NCBI GenBank assembly: GCA_039208735.1
Contig: JBCCQY010000015.1
Coordinates: forward strand, 1 to 64,000
DNA: 64,000 nucleotides
From: Myxococcota bacterium
GTDB lineage: Bacteria > Myxococcota_A > UBA796 > GCA-2862545
Reading direction: 5' to 3'
Shown here: piece after piece, positions 19,867 through 30,121 of the stretch
Layout of the letters: every line of letters begins with the position of its first letter
Position numbering within the stretch: position 1 is the first letter of the stretch
Made by a program: the position numbers and the translations under genes
Notes under the pieces: model-generated
Told to the model about the DNA's origin: nothing
Databases searched by the model: none
Seen by the model: the letters and a program-made list of their open reading frames with translations, nothing else

Positions 19867-20948
19867 AGCTCGGAATTGTTGGTGGGGGGCAGCTCGGACG
19901 TATGCTGGGTCAAGCGGCCATCCCGCTTGGCATACGCTGTGTGTTCCTCGAGCCTGGGGCATCGCCCAGTGCCGCGGTCGCAGGAGAGGTGATTCGAGCC
20001 GACTATGACGACCGGGCGGCGCTCGATGCGTTGGCGGCACGTTGTGATGCGGTCACCTATGAGTTTGAGAATGTGCCGGTGGACGCCGCTCGTCACTTGG
20101 CGGCGCAAGTGCCGCTTTTTCCGCCGCCGCAGGCTCTGGAAAAGGCTCAAGATCGACTGGTCGAAAAGCGATTCTTTCAAGCGCAAGGGTTGCAGACCGC
20201 AGCGTTTGCGCCGGTCGACGATGAGGCGTCGCTCGCCGATGCGGTAGCCCAGCTGGGCCTTCCGGCCATCCTCAAGACGCGACGGCTCGGCTACGACGGC
20301 AAAGGCCAGCGCCGGCTGTCCACCGAAGCCGAGGTTCCCGGAGCGTTCGCGGCGTTGGGGGGCGTTCCGTGCATCCTCGAAAAGGTTGTTCCCTTTGAAC
20401 GCGAAGTGTCGGTCCTGGCGGTTCGGAATGGAGCTGGCGAGGTGCGCACGTGGCCGTTGGTTCAGAACATCCACAAGGACGGCATCCTGCACTACACGTT
20501 GGCCCCGGCACCCGAAACCGGTCCCGCCACGCAAGCGCTTGCCGATGACTACGCACGTCGCGTAACTGACGCGCTCGACTACGTCGGCGTCATTGCCATC
20601 GAGCTGTTTCAAGTCGGCGATTCGCTATTGGCCAACGAGTTTGCCCCGCGTGTCCACAACTCAGGCCACTTCAGCATTGAAGGGGCGTTGACGTCGCAGT
20701 TCGAGAACCACGTCCGCGCCGGTTTGGGACTTCCGCTGGGGGCTACCGATATTCCGATCCCCCATGGTTGCGCAAACCTCTTGAGCACCCAGCCCCCATT
20801 AGCGAAGCTGCTCGCCGTCGAAAGTGCGCGCGTCCATCTGTACGGCAAATCTGAGCGACCGGGACGTAAGCTCGGTCACGTCACGGTCGCCGGTGTGACC
20901 CTGGCCGAGGTGCGAGACCGGCTCGGACGTCTCCTCACACTCGCCTAA
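19863..20948 (+). CDS. purK: N5-CAIR synthetase
   Basis: [34 protein letters not shown] and RKLGH motifs; ATGA overlap with purE. Confidence 0.95.
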   Translation: MKLGIVGGGQLGRMLGQAAIPLGIRCVFLEPGASPSAAVAGEVIRADYDDRAALDALAARCDAVTYEFENVPVDAARHLAAQVPLFPPPQALEKAQDRLVEKRFFQAQGLQTAAFAPVDDEASLADAVAQLGLPAILKTRRLGYDGKGQRRLSTEAEVPGAFAALGGVPCILEKVVPFEREVSVLAVRNGAGEVRTWPLVQNIHKDGILHYTLAPAPETGPATQALADDYARRVTDALDYVGVIAIELFQVGDSLLANEFAPRVHNSGHFSIEGALTSQFENHVRAGLGLPLGATDIPIPHGCANLLSTQPPLAKLLAVESARVHLYGKSERPGRKLGHVTVAGVTLAEVRDRLGRLLTLA

Positions 20949-21721
20949 GGCACGTAGCTCGGCGCATTCCCCAAGAACACCGCATCTTCAAGCCGGAAGT
21001 CGAGTTCGGTCGGACCCGTGGTCGCTTCCATGGCCATGAAGATGTCTTGGTTGTCGTTGGTGAAGCCCGTAAAGGGATCCGTGCGGTCGATCGTGAACAA
21101 CGCCGAACCCAGGGAATCGAAGAAGCTCTGCAGAACGCCCGGCCAGTTGACGCCGAGTTCGTTGAATGCACCTTCTTCGGCGGCGGCGGTGCTCACCGAG
21201 CCCACGAGCTGACCCGTCTGCGGGTTGAGCGCACCCGAAATCTGACCCCGGAAGTGGCAAAGGCCATCTTCGAGTTCGCCGGTGCACTGATCGGGCTCAT
21301 AGGTGCCGAAGATCTCGCGCATGACGCTGCCTTGCCAGTCCAGCGCACTGGTGGGGTCGATCAGGTCGAGGATGTTGGTCTCGATACCGGGTAGCCAACA
21401 CTCCCAGAAGCCCTCGATGCGGTCCTGCTCGGGCAAATACTCGAAGGCAGCGATGCCCGTACACGTGGTGGCCATCGTGAAGTCGAAGGCCACGGTGTTC
21501 GTGATCAGGATGTCGAGTTCGACCTCGGCCTGGTACCAGCCCTCTTCGAGCGTGAACTTGGGTTCGGGCTCGGGGTCGGGCTTCGGGTCGTTCTTGGGGT
21601 CGGGGTTCGTCGGGTTGAAATTGTTGTCTGGCGGCTCGATGACCGGGGTTTCCACTGGGGTGAGGTTCTGCGTACAACCGACCATGAGAATAGAGATTGC
21701 GAGCAAACTTTGAGTATTCAT
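20945..21721 (-). CDS. Hypothetical acidic lipoprotein with a Pro/Asp-rich linker
   Basis: Lipobox MNTQSLLAISILMVG-C; PDPKNDPKPDPEPEP linker; GGAG SD. Confidence 0.7.
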   Translation of the reverse strand: MNTQSLLAISILMVGCTQNLTPVETPVIEPPDNNFNPTNPDPKNDPKPDPEPEPKFTLEEGWYQAEVELDILITNTVAFDFTMATTCTGIAAFEYLPEQDRIEGFWECWLPGIETNILDLIDPTSALDWQGSVMREIFGTYEPDQCTGELEDGLCHFRGQISGALNPQTGQLVGSVSTAAAEEGAFNELGVNWPGVLQSFFDSLGSALFTIDRTDPFTGFTNDNQDIFMAMEATTGPTELDFRLEDAVFLGNAPSYVP

Positions 21722-21902
21722 AGATCACTCCACGACATTGCGGCCCTGACATATACAACGTTTCAGCTTACCAGACCACTCTACACCGCCGCGACATCGC
21801 CGGGGTAGAACCGTTATTTGTTCCCTCTGAAGCAGGGAACGGAACAGCGCGGTGCGGCGGGTCTCTGGCATCCGCCACAGTGCTCCACCACGGGTCTCAA
21901 CT

Positions 21903-24900
21903 TCAATCCGCCACGGCCTCGACTTGGGCGCCATCGATGCGTTGAGCCAACAGCACCATTTGCGTTCGCGTGAGGTCCAAATCGAGGCCCATGGGCTCGC
22001 CCCACACGCAGACCTGGCGGGCCATCTCGAGCAACAGCAGCTCACGAGGACGTCCCGGTGTGGCATAGCCCTTTGCCGCCAGCGGGTGAGCTCGATTCAA
22101 GAGGACGATGGCGCGCCCTCGGTGACTGCGGGCCAAATCGAGCATGACCGCAGGTTCGCGGGGGCCTGCATCGATCTCTCGCACCGTGAGTGCGATGGAT
22201 GGCTTGCCAAGGGCATCGGAGAGTCGCGAGCTCAACAGGCGGCTCGCCGTGGTTGGCTGGGGCCCATCGGGCAGTTGTCGAGGAGCGATCGGATCGTCTT
22301 CGGGAACGAGTTCCGGCGGGAGTTCGGGGCGTGCCTCGGGCGATGTTCGTACCCACTCGGCCAGCGTGCCCCACGGTTGTCCATCGGCCGACAACACAGG
22401 AACGAGGCGCGCGAGCTCGTGGGCGGTGCCTTGCAGGGTCCCGCTTCGTCGGTGAGCGAGCAGCACGAAGGTGGTGGCATAGCGTTGGGCGGCCATGGTC
22501 CGCACCTCATCAGGCTTGTCGCGCAGAATGGGAATGAGGGACTGATAGAGCCGGAGGCCCGCGAGCTGAACCACCCGGCGTTGTTCCTGGGAAATCGTGG
22601 AGCTGCCATCGTCTGGCCATACGAGGCCGTGGCACGGCACGCTCCGATCGACCTCAGACAGGGCGATGAGCTGGCCCGTGGTGCGCAGCAGAATGCCTGC
22701 CGTGCCGTCGTGGGGGCAGCGAAGGCCCAGCCAGCCCCGCAGATCGGTTTGGCGAACTTCGTTGCGGACGAGCCAGCCCTGTTCGGCATCCGACAGGGAG
22801 CGCCACACATCGGGGCTGTCGTCGTACCGCAACGGCGGCGCGTCGCCTTCCTGTTCAATCACGGCCAGTTCGTCGCGGGTCAGGGCGAAGGTCCACGGCT
22901 CGGCAAGCTTCACGCCATGGCGGGCGACGACCCGACACGCTTGGTGTTCCCGCATTTCGCGGAGACTCCGGCGTCCGCCTCCGTCGGACGGAACGAGCAG
23001 GGGCTGTTCCTCATAGTTCAGGGCTTCGGCGAGGTGCAGCAATGCGAGTCGCCCCAGGCCTTCACAGCGTCCGACAGTAAGGGGTCGGCGGGCGTAGCGA
23101 CCCCATAGCCCTTCGGCTTCGATGCGCTGCAGCTCCTTGAACAAGACCTGCCATCCGCCGTCCCAATCCACAGGATCTACGTCGACCCGGGTGGCGCCCA
23201 CGAGTTCCGGGGCGGGTTGGGTCTCGAGTTGCCATCGTGCATCTTGGCGGCGAGGCGAAAAGGTGGCGCCCACCCAGACGATCTGGGTGATCGCCTCTTG
23301 GCTCCATTGGCTGCGGTCTTCAAGCCAGATCCAGCGTCCAGCAATGCGGCCCGCGCCAAACAGCGGCAACCCTTCAAGGGCAGGATGGGTGAGGTGCCCG
23401 TACCCGAAGCGTGCCTCGAGCCGGTCGAGGGAGACCAGAATCTCGAGTTGCGGCACGGTGCGGGCCTCGGGGGTCCCCAACAGATCGAGGAACCCCTCCA
23501 GAGTGAGGTCGGCATCATCGGTGGCGACGAGCGGCACGTGGCGCAGACCGTCCGGCCATCCCACGGGCAGCGAGGCGCCCACCCGCACGCCAGCTTCGGT
23601 ACGTACGAACTGGGGGACCGCGAGGGAGCCCAACAAAGCGGACAACAGTTCGCGATGAGGCTCCCCTCGCTCGGGCATCGCGAGGTGCCACGCGCGGGCC
23701 AGGGCCAGGGCCACGTGCCGTTCCGAGAGCTTTTGTTGGGCGCCCTCCACCTCGACCCGCAGCGATACGCGTGGAAGGTTCAGGGCGAGCCGAACCTCGC
23801 GTTCCGTTTCCCACGAAACGGCTCGGGCGCCCGAAATGCGAGCCTTGGTGCCGTCGACCACACCAAGCTCGAGCGTGCCTTCGTCATCGACCACAACAAA
23901 GGGCACCCCGAGACGCCCATGGCCCCAGTCGGGGACCGGACCTTCGAGGTGCAGGCGAAGGGTGAGCTTGAACCCCGTGCCGGCGACCGTGTGTTCGCGA
24001 ATGCGAACCCGGCGGTCCACCACCCGTCGGACAAAGTCGACGTCGGCCTTCGAGGTGAGGCGATGAAGCGAAAGATTTGGAATTTCCTGACTTAAGGTCA
24101 GGACTTGGCCTTCGGTGAGCACCAGCACGCGCCATGGAAACCGGTCGGGTTGGGCGGTGGGCCCTTCGAGGGCCGACGTGTGACCAGGTTCAACATAGAA
24201 AATCGGCGTGTCGCCGATGTTACGCAACGCGGCGAGGGTGGTGTCCCAACGTGGCCACAGCATGCGCAGCGTCTCGGGCAAGGGCTGCGCTTCGACGGAT
24301 TGTGGGGCTTGGTCGCGGCCTGGTCGTTCGACTTTAGGAATGGGCGGCAGAGCTGGCGGACGGTAGCGACTGCCTTCCGCCTTCAGCATGAGCTGGGTGG
24401 CGACAGGTTGGACGGCGTGGAGCATCTCGACGTAGCGATGATCCTGAACGATGTCGGACTGGTCTGCGGTCTTTCGCAGGTTGTCGTCGCACACGACCCC
24501 GACGAGCGGCCGTTCGGCGAGTGGCCCCAAGGGCAGGGTCGAAATCCAGACGCCGCCCACGACCATCCGAAACCCCGTGGGCGCTTGGGGGGACGTGTGG
24601 ATGGCGACCACGCCACGGCGCTTTCCGTCGTCGAAATGCTCCTGCAGTCGAGCCCCGAAGATCTCGATGTGCCGGGTGCCGCGGTACCCGAACGGAGCGT
24701 TGCCATTGAGCAGGATGGGTACCGGAGTGTAAAGGCACTTTTCTTCGACCAGCACTTGCTCTTCGGTCCACGAGCTGCTCGCGAATCGCGAAAACCAACC
24801 GCCTCCATATTCGGCGTAAAGGTAGGTACCGGCAATGGCTTCGGTCGGCGTGCCCAAGGTTCCGCGGCCACGGGCATCGAGATCCATGCGAATGGCCGTT

Positions 24901-25289
24901 TCGCCATCGCCGGACTCGATGCGCAACGTTCTGGGTTTGCGCTGAAGAATGGCGTTTACGCCAATCGCCAACTGGATGAGGTGACGGTACCGCGCGTCTC
25001 CACGGTCAGCGAAGAGGTAGTCGAACAACCCCTCGAGGTCGCGTCCGAGGAGGGGATCTCCTCCGACCCACGCCACCAACAGGCTGTGGGGCCGCGTGTC
25101 GATGGCGATGTAGGTGGCCCCTGCAAATACCGCGGCCTGCACCAGTTCCAGCACGTACTGGCGAGGATGGCGCAGGGCGAACTCGCGCTGCTTTTCGATG
25201 GCCTTTTCGCGGGACAACGTGAACTGTCGACGCTCGACGAGCCGCCCCGGGGCTCGGCTGCGGGCCAACAGGTCGTCGAGCTGGCTCAC
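21903..25289 (-). CDS. Large HSP90/GHKL-like pseudo-ATPase (degenerate motifs, internal repeats)
   Basis: YVLELVQAAV, QLAIGVNA, AGT, YTPVPILLNG, LRKTADQSDIV and C-terminal LLNRAHPL parallel the adjacent HSP90-like gene. GTGA overlap and GGAGG SD. Confidence 0.7.
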   Translation of the reverse strand: MSQLDDLLARSRAPGRLVERRQFTLSREKAIEKQREFALRHPRQYVLELVQAAVFAGATYIAIDTRPHSLLVAWVGGDPLLGRDLEGLFDYLFADRGDARYRHLIQLAIGVNAILQRKPRTLRIESGDGETAIRMDLDARGRGTLGTPTEAIAGTYLYAEYGGGWFSRFASSSWTEEQVLVEEKCLYTPVPILLNGNAPFGYRGTRHIEIFGARLQEHFDDGKRRGVVAIHTSPQAPTGFRMVVGGVWISTLPLGPLAERPLVGVVCDDNLRKTADQSDIVQDHRYVEMLHAVQPVATQLMLKAEGSRYRPPALPPIPKVERPGRDQAPQSVEAQPLPETLRMLWPRWDTTLAALRNIGDTPIFYVEPGHTSALEGPTAQPDRFPWRVLVLTEGQVLTLSQEIPNLSLHRLTSKADVDFVRRVVDRRVRIREHTVAGTGFKLTLRLHLEGPVPDWGHGRLGVPFVVVDDEGTLELGVVDGTKARISGARAVSWETEREVRLALNLPRVSLRVEVEGAQQKLSERHVALALARAWHLAMPERGEPHRELLSALLGSLAVPQFVRTEAGVRVGASLPVGWPDGLRHVPLVATDDADLTLEGFLDLLGTPEARTVPQLEILVSLDRLEARFGYGHLTHPALEGLPLFGAGRIAGRWIWLEDRSQWSQEAITQIVWVGATFSPRRQDARWQLETQPAPELVGATRVDVDPVDWDGGWQVLFKELQRIEAEGLWGRYARRPLTVGRCEGLGRLALLHLAEALNYEEQPLLVPSDGGGRRSLREMREHQACRVVARHGVKLAEPWTFALTRDELAVIEQEGDAPPLRYDDSPDVWRSLSDAEQGWLVRNEVRQTDLRGWLGLRCPHDGTAGILLRTTGQLIALSEVDRSVPCHGLVWPDDGSSTISQEQRRVVQLAGLRLYQSLIPILRDKPDEVRTMAAQRYATTFVLLAHRRSGTLQGTAHELARLVPVLSADGQPWGTLAEWVRTSPEARPELPPELVPEDDPIAPRQLPDGPQPTTASRLLSSRLSDALGKPSIALTVREIDAGPREPAVMLDLARSHRGRAIVLLNRAHPLAAKGYATPGRPRELLLLEMARQVCVWGEPMGLDLDLTRTQMVLLAQRIDGAQVEAVAD

Positions 25290-27112
25290 GAACCCTCCAG
25301 GATGCCCGACGACTCACTGATGGCAGAGATCATGCGGTTGTAGGCCCCTTCACCTTCGAGTCCCTCGCAGTGCAGCAACGCTGAGGCCAAGCCAAACGCC
25401 GCGACGTCGAGATCTTCGGCACTCGCCAGGAGTTGGGCGCGAAAGAGCGGATGGTGTCGATTCACGAGCAGGGTCCGCCAGGTCAAGAAGCCAGGAAGCC
25501 GGAAAAACGTAGGTACGGGACGAAAGAACACCTTGCCGTCGGTGGGGCCGTTCAGGGCGAGCACCTCGGCGCCCCCAAGGTCCATGCCGCCAAAGTCGCC
25601 AACGCGAACCGACAGTCGATTCACCACGCTCTCTCGCGTAGGCTCCCACTTCAGCACGGTGCTCGACAGGGGCAGGGGAATGCGGATGCCAACGGCGGCG
25701 CGCAGCAGCTCCTCGGTCCGATCGAGCAGGCGCTGTTCGAGAGGGTCGAGGGCTGCACGATCGATCAGCGAGGGCAGTACGAAAACCTCTTCCGCCCGCC
25801 GAATGCGACGCCCTCCCCGCAGGAAGTCGAAGAGCGGAGGTTCTTCGGTTGCAAGCAGGAACGCTCGGGTCTGGGGATGATCGTCGACGGCAAAAACCTT
25901 GTTTTGGCCAAGTGCATCCAGCAGGGGAGAAGGCCCCTCGGCGACGAGCACCCCGTCGATCCGGCCCTCCTGGCGGCGCACCTTGTCGAGGGTCAGGGGC
26001 TTGCCAAAGGCATCGCGGAGCAATGGCTCGTGTTGGATCTCCTCGATGAACCCACGGCCCGTCGACGCGCGACATTCCGCCGCGAGGCGGCCATGCCAGT
26101 TGCCGATGGGAGCGCCGTCGGACACCGCCTGCACCGTCCGTTCGACGAGCTTCTGCCGTAAGCCGGCTCGAGCCCGCAGGACGCCCGCCATTGCGCGTTC
26201 CCAGTTGTGGTCGTGGAGCACGTTGTCGCGCGTCAGCGTGTGTTCGAGACCGTCGTGCTTCACCCGGAACGACAGGTGGGAAAGCTGATCCGCGTGCTCA
26301 CCAAGCACATCGGTGTTCTGCGTGTTCAACAGCGTCAGGCCACCATTGTAAAACCCAAACCGAGGCGGGTCGGCATAGCCGATGGCCACTTCGAGGCCGT
26401 CCTCGCGGTGCACGTGTTGCAACACCGCGTCGAGGGCCAACGGACGGTTGATGCGTTCCGCACCTGCGTGTGCGCCGTCGGCGAAGGCTTGGAAGGGGTC
26501 ACTGCCGGTGGTCTCCACTTCCGTGCGTTCCTGGGTTCGATCCTCGAACGTTAGCGGTGTGTCGCTGTGCTCGCACCAATAGTCAAGGACGAATCGAACC
26601 TCTTGTACAAAGGGAGCGACCCGCTCCCCCGGCAACCGCTTGAAGAGCGTGATCTTGGTGCCCTGGATGGGGTCGTCAATGCGGATCTTGTCGAAGCTGC
26701 GGTCGGCGTGAAACAACAACTCCCAGTACTCGCCGTGCCGCCCTGTGCGCAGCAACACGGCTTCGGGCTTAATGGCGAAGATCGAGGTGAATCCAATCCC
26801 GAACTTGCCGATTTTCGTGAGATCGTCCTCCTTGGTCGAGGAGAACAACCGGGTGAGCTGGTTGTCGATGATGTCCTCGTCCATGCCTTCGCCGTAGTCA
26901 TCGACATGGATCCGAAGAACGCCATCGTCTCCTTCGCCTTCGGGAGGCTCGTACGCGACTGCTACCTCGATGCGAGGAGAGCCCGCGTCAATCGAGTTTT
27001 GAGCAAGCTCACGAAGAAAGTCGAGCGGTCGAGCGAACTGGTTGACCAGGTTCTCGAGCGCCTGTTCGGCAAGCGAGGGGGGACCGCCTGCGTCGAAATC
27101 GAGGTTCGCCAT
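25286..27112 (-). CDS. HSP90-like GHKL ATPase (divergent, not canonical HtpG)
   Basis: FLRELAQNSIDA, DDYGEGM, IGKFGIGF and QGT GHKL motifs; LEHTLTRDNV; C-terminal LLVNRHHPL. Confidence 0.85.
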   Translation of the reverse strand: MANLDFDAGGPPSLAEQALENLVNQFARPLDFLRELAQNSIDAGSPRIEVAVAYEPPEGEGDDGVLRIHVDDYGEGMDEDIIDNQLTRLFSSTKEDDLTKIGKFGIGFTSIFAIKPEAVLLRTGRHGEYWELLFHADRSFDKIRIDDPIQGTKITLFKRLPGERVAPFVQEVRFVLDYWCEHSDTPLTFEDRTQERTEVETTGSDPFQAFADGAHAGAERINRPLALDAVLQHVHREDGLEVAIGYADPPRFGFYNGGLTLLNTQNTDVLGEHADQLSHLSFRVKHDGLEHTLTRDNVLHDHNWERAMAGVLRARAGLRQKLVERTVQAVSDGAPIGNWHGRLAAECRASTGRGFIEEIQHEPLLRDAFGKPLTLDKVRRQEGRIDGVLVAEGPSPLLDALGQNKVFAVDDHPQTRAFLLATEEPPLFDFLRGGRRIRRAEEVFVLPSLIDRAALDPLEQRLLDRTEELLRAAVGIRIPLPLSSTVLKWEPTRESVVNRLSVRVGDFGGMDLGGAEVLALNGPTDGKVFFRPVPTFFRLPGFLTWRTLLVNRHHPLFRAQLLASAEDLDVAAFGLASALLHCEGLEGEGAYNRMISAISESSGILEGS

Positions 27113-27169
27113 CGAAGGCCCTGTAAGCTCGGCTGCTCGCCTCGTCAGCCCCAGTGGTAGAGGGGCCCC

Positions 27170-28246
27170 ATGAAGTTTGGGTTCACCGATCTGGCCTTCG
27201 ACGATCAGGGACGGACCCTGATCCGCCGCCTGTACTCGGCCGGTATTGTGTTTGCGTCCGTGTGTTTCGTCGGGGCCCTTGGCTACCAGGTCATCGGCCA
27301 GGGCCAGTGGAGCTTCATCGAATCGCTCTACATGGCGATCATCACGCTTTCCACGGTCGGTTTCGGTGAGACATTGCCGGGCATGGACCAGTCTGTCGCC
27401 GCCCGGGCTTGGACGGTCACGCTCATCCTGTTGGGAAGTGGGACGCTGCTGTACTTTGCGTCGACCTTCACGGCGCTCGTCGTGGAAGGAGACCTTCGCG
27501 GTGCCCTTCGGAGGAGAACCATGAACCGTGCCCTGTCGGCTATCGAAGGACACGTCATCGTCTGCGGCTGTGGGAGCACGGGGCTCCACGTCGTGGAGGA
27601 ACTCATTGCCACGGGCCGTCCGCTCGTGATGGTCGACCTTGACGACGAACGCATCGAACGGGTCCGCATCGAGACGAACCGCCACGATCTGCTGTATGTG
27701 ATCGGCGACGCCACAGAAGACGCCACCCTTGAAGAAGCGGGTATCGACCGGGCGGCTGGCCTCATCGCGACCTTGCATGAAGACCGCGACAACGTCTTTG
27801 TCACGGTGACGGCCCGTGCCTTGTCGGACACCATTCGCATCGTCGCCAAGGCCGTCGAAAACGAGAACATCACCAAGCTTCGGCGGGTGGGGGCCAACGC
27901 CGTCGTGGCGCCCGCCTTCATTGGTGGGTTGCGGTTGGCGGCCGAGATGGAACGGCCGTCCGTGTTGCGGTTCTTCGATGCGATGCGGGCCGATGGCGAT
28001 GATCCACGCGTGATGGAGGGTATTCCTATTCGGCCCGGCACTTCGCTCGCGGGACGGACCCTCGGCGAGTCTGGTCTGCTCGAACTCTGCGACATCATTG
28101 TGCTCGCCGTGCGCCATCCCGACGGTCACCACGCGTATTCGCCAGGGCTGGACTTGGTACTTGAACCGGCAATGGTGCTCATCGCGCTTGTTCCGCGTGG
28201 CGATCTGCAGCGGGTTCGAGACTGGGCCCGCAAGCGGACGGCGTAG
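27170..28246 (+). CDS. Two-TM potassium channel with RCK (TrkA-N/TrkA-C) domain
   Basis: Pore ITLSTVGFGE; HVIVCGCGSTG; GDATEDATLEEAGI. Confidence 0.9.
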   Translation: MKFGFTDLAFDDQGRTLIRRLYSAGIVFASVCFVGALGYQVIGQGQWSFIESLYMAIITLSTVGFGETLPGMDQSVAARAWTVTLILLGSGTLLYFASTFTALVVEGDLRGALRRRTMNRALSAIEGHVIVCGCGSTGLHVVEELIATGRPLVMVDLDDERIERVRIETNRHDLLYVIGDATEDATLEEAGIDRAAGLIATLHEDRDNVFVTVTARALSDTIRIVAKAVENENITKLRRVGANAVVAPAFIGGLRLAAEMERPSVLRFFDAMRADGDDPRVMEGIPIRPGTSLAGRTLGESGLLELCDIIVLAVRHPDGHHAYSPGLDLVLEPAMVLIALVPRGDLQRVRDWARKRTA

Positions 28247-28296
28247 CGAGCTGCACGTTACCGACCCTCCGTATCCGAGCCAGGGGTGGAGAAGGT

Positions 28297-29697
28297 TTGC
28301 CCGACTACGACTACGATTTCATCGTCCTGGGAGGGGGATCGGGCGGGGTTCGCGCCTCGCGAATGGCCGCATCTTTTGGCGCACGGACCGCACTCGTGGA
28401 GGGAGGCCGGTTGGGCGGCACCTGCGTCAACGTTGGGTGCGTGCCGAAGAAGTTGCTTTCCTACGGCAGCCACTACGCCGAAGACCTCGAAGACATGAAG
28501 GGGTTCGGCTGGTCGATCGAAGGCACCCCGACGTTTGATTGGGCGACGCTAAAGGCCCGTAAGGATGCCGAGATCACGCGGCTCAACGGGGTGTACGCGA
28601 GCATCCTCGACAACGTGGATGTGGAAGTCGTCGAAGGCTGGGGCGTGCTCGACGGTGCCCACACCGTGCGGGTGGGGGATCATCGACTGACCGGGCGGTA
28701 CATCTTGCTCGCGGTCGGGGGAACGCCGTGGCGGCCAGGCTCCGATCTCCTGCCTGGGGTGGAGCACACCTGGGTGAGCGACGACATCTTCGAGATGCCC
28801 GAGCTGCCGCGTCGCGTGATCGTGGTGGGTGGCGGCTACATCGCAAGCGAGATGGCCTCGATTCTTCATGGGTTTGGGGCCGATGTGCGGCTCGTCTGCC
28901 GAGGTGACACGCTGTTGCGCGGGTTTGACGATGACATTCGCCATGAGCTGGGCAACGAGTTGCGCAAGCGCGGACTTCACCTGCACTTTGGGTGCCACCT
29001 CACCCGCGTCGACAAACAGGCGGACGGCTCCCTCCAAGCGCGCTTGAGCGATGACACGACCCCCGAAGTGGATGCGATTCTGATGGCGACCGGGCGGGTG
29101 CCCCGCACCAAGGGCATCGGGCTCGAGGCCGTGGGGGTGCAGGCCGACGAGTTTGGTGCGATTCAGGTCAACGATGCGTTTCAAACGTCGGTGCCCCACA
29201 TCTACGCGGTGGGTGATGTCATCAACCGACTCCAGCTCACACCGGTGGCCCTAGCCGAGGGCATGGTGGTCGCCCGTCAGCTCTTCCACAACGAAGAATC
29301 CAAGGCCATCGACTACCGCTTCGTGCCCACCGCGGTGTTTACGCATCCCGAAGTGGGCACCTGCGGCTACACCGAAGCGGAAGCCCGAAAGAAGTTTGGA
29401 AAGATCCGCCTCTACAAATCGAGCTTCCGGCCCATGCGGCACACGATCACCAAGCGGAACGCCCGCACCCACATGAAGCTGGTGGTGGATGACGCCACCG
29501 ACCAAGTGGTGGGCTTGCACATCGTGGGGCCCGATGCGGGAGAGATGACCCAAGGGTTCGCTGTCGCAATGCGCTGCGGCGCGACCAAGGCCCAATTCGA
29601 TACGACGATCGGCATCCATCCAACGGCAGCCGAAGAGCTGGTCACCATGCGGACCGAGTGGGTTCCGGTGCCCGAGGATCATCCCCCCAGGAGCTGA
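28297..29697 (+). CDS. gor: Glutathione-disulfide reductase
   Basis: GGGSGGVRA, GGTCVNVGCVPKK, GGGYIA, LTPVA and GIHPTAAEE motifs; TTG start with GGAG SD. Confidence 0.9.
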   Translation: MPDYDYDFIVLGGGSGGVRASRMAASFGARTALVEGGRLGGTCVNVGCVPKKLLSYGSHYAEDLEDMKGFGWSIEGTPTFDWATLKARKDAEITRLNGVYASILDNVDVEVVEGWGVLDGAHTVRVGDHRLTGRYILLAVGGTPWRPGSDLLPGVEHTWVSDDIFEMPELPRRVIVVGGGYIASEMASILHGFGADVRLVCRGDTLLRGFDDDIRHELGNELRKRGLHLHFGCHLTRVDKQADGSLQARLSDDTTPEVDAILMATGRVPRTKGIGLEAVGVQADEFGAIQVNDAFQTSVPHIYAVGDVINRLQLTPVALAEGMVVARQLFHNEESKAIDYRFVPTAVFTHPEVGTCGYTEAEARKKFGKIRLYKSSFRPMRHTITKRNARTHMKLVVDDATDQVVGLHIVGPDAGEMTQGFAVAMRCGATKAQFDTTIGIHPTAAEELVTMRTEWVPVPEDHPPRS

Positions 29698-29698
29698 A

Positions 29699-30121
29699 AT
29701 GTCGGACCTTCCGGCGGACACCGACGAGCTCATCGAGAACTTCGAACTGTTCGATGAATGGGACGATCGGTATCGCTATCTCATCGAACTCGGCAGAAAG
29801 CTACCGGACTTTCCGGATGCCGCACGCGATGAAGCGCACAAGGTGCGTGGCTGCATGAGCCAGGTGTGGTTCGTTCAGCAGGATGATCCTGAGGGCCGAT
29901 TGCGGTTCCTCGGCGACTCCGACGCCATGATCGTCAAGGGGCTAATCGCCCTGTTGCACGTGCTCTACGATGGCAAGCGACCCGAAGAGGTCGAACACGT
30001 CCCGATCGACAACATCTTCGAGCAAATCGGGTTTAGCCAACACCTCTCCGCGAACCGGCGCAATGGCTTTTTCTCGATGGTGTCGCGCCTGCGTCAGTTT
30101 GCCGGGAACCGCCCGGCGTAG
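29699..30121 (+). CDS. sufE: SufE family sulfur acceptor
   Basis: WDDRYRYLIELG, VRGCMSQVW, DSDAMIVKGL and LSANRRNG motifs. Confidence 0.92.
   Translation: MSDLPADTDELIENFELFDEWDDRYRYLIELGRKLPDFPDAARDEAHKVRGCMSQVWFVQQDDPEGRLRFLGDSDAMIVKGLIALLHVLYDGKRPEEVEHVPIDNIFEQIGFSQHLSANRRNGFFSMVSRLRQFAGNRPA

Noticed and set aside
27113..28132. 340-aa N-terminal extension of the HSP90-like ORF in the ORF track
   Set aside because: It is antisense to the K+ channel gene; the GHKL domain begins just after the ATG at 27112.
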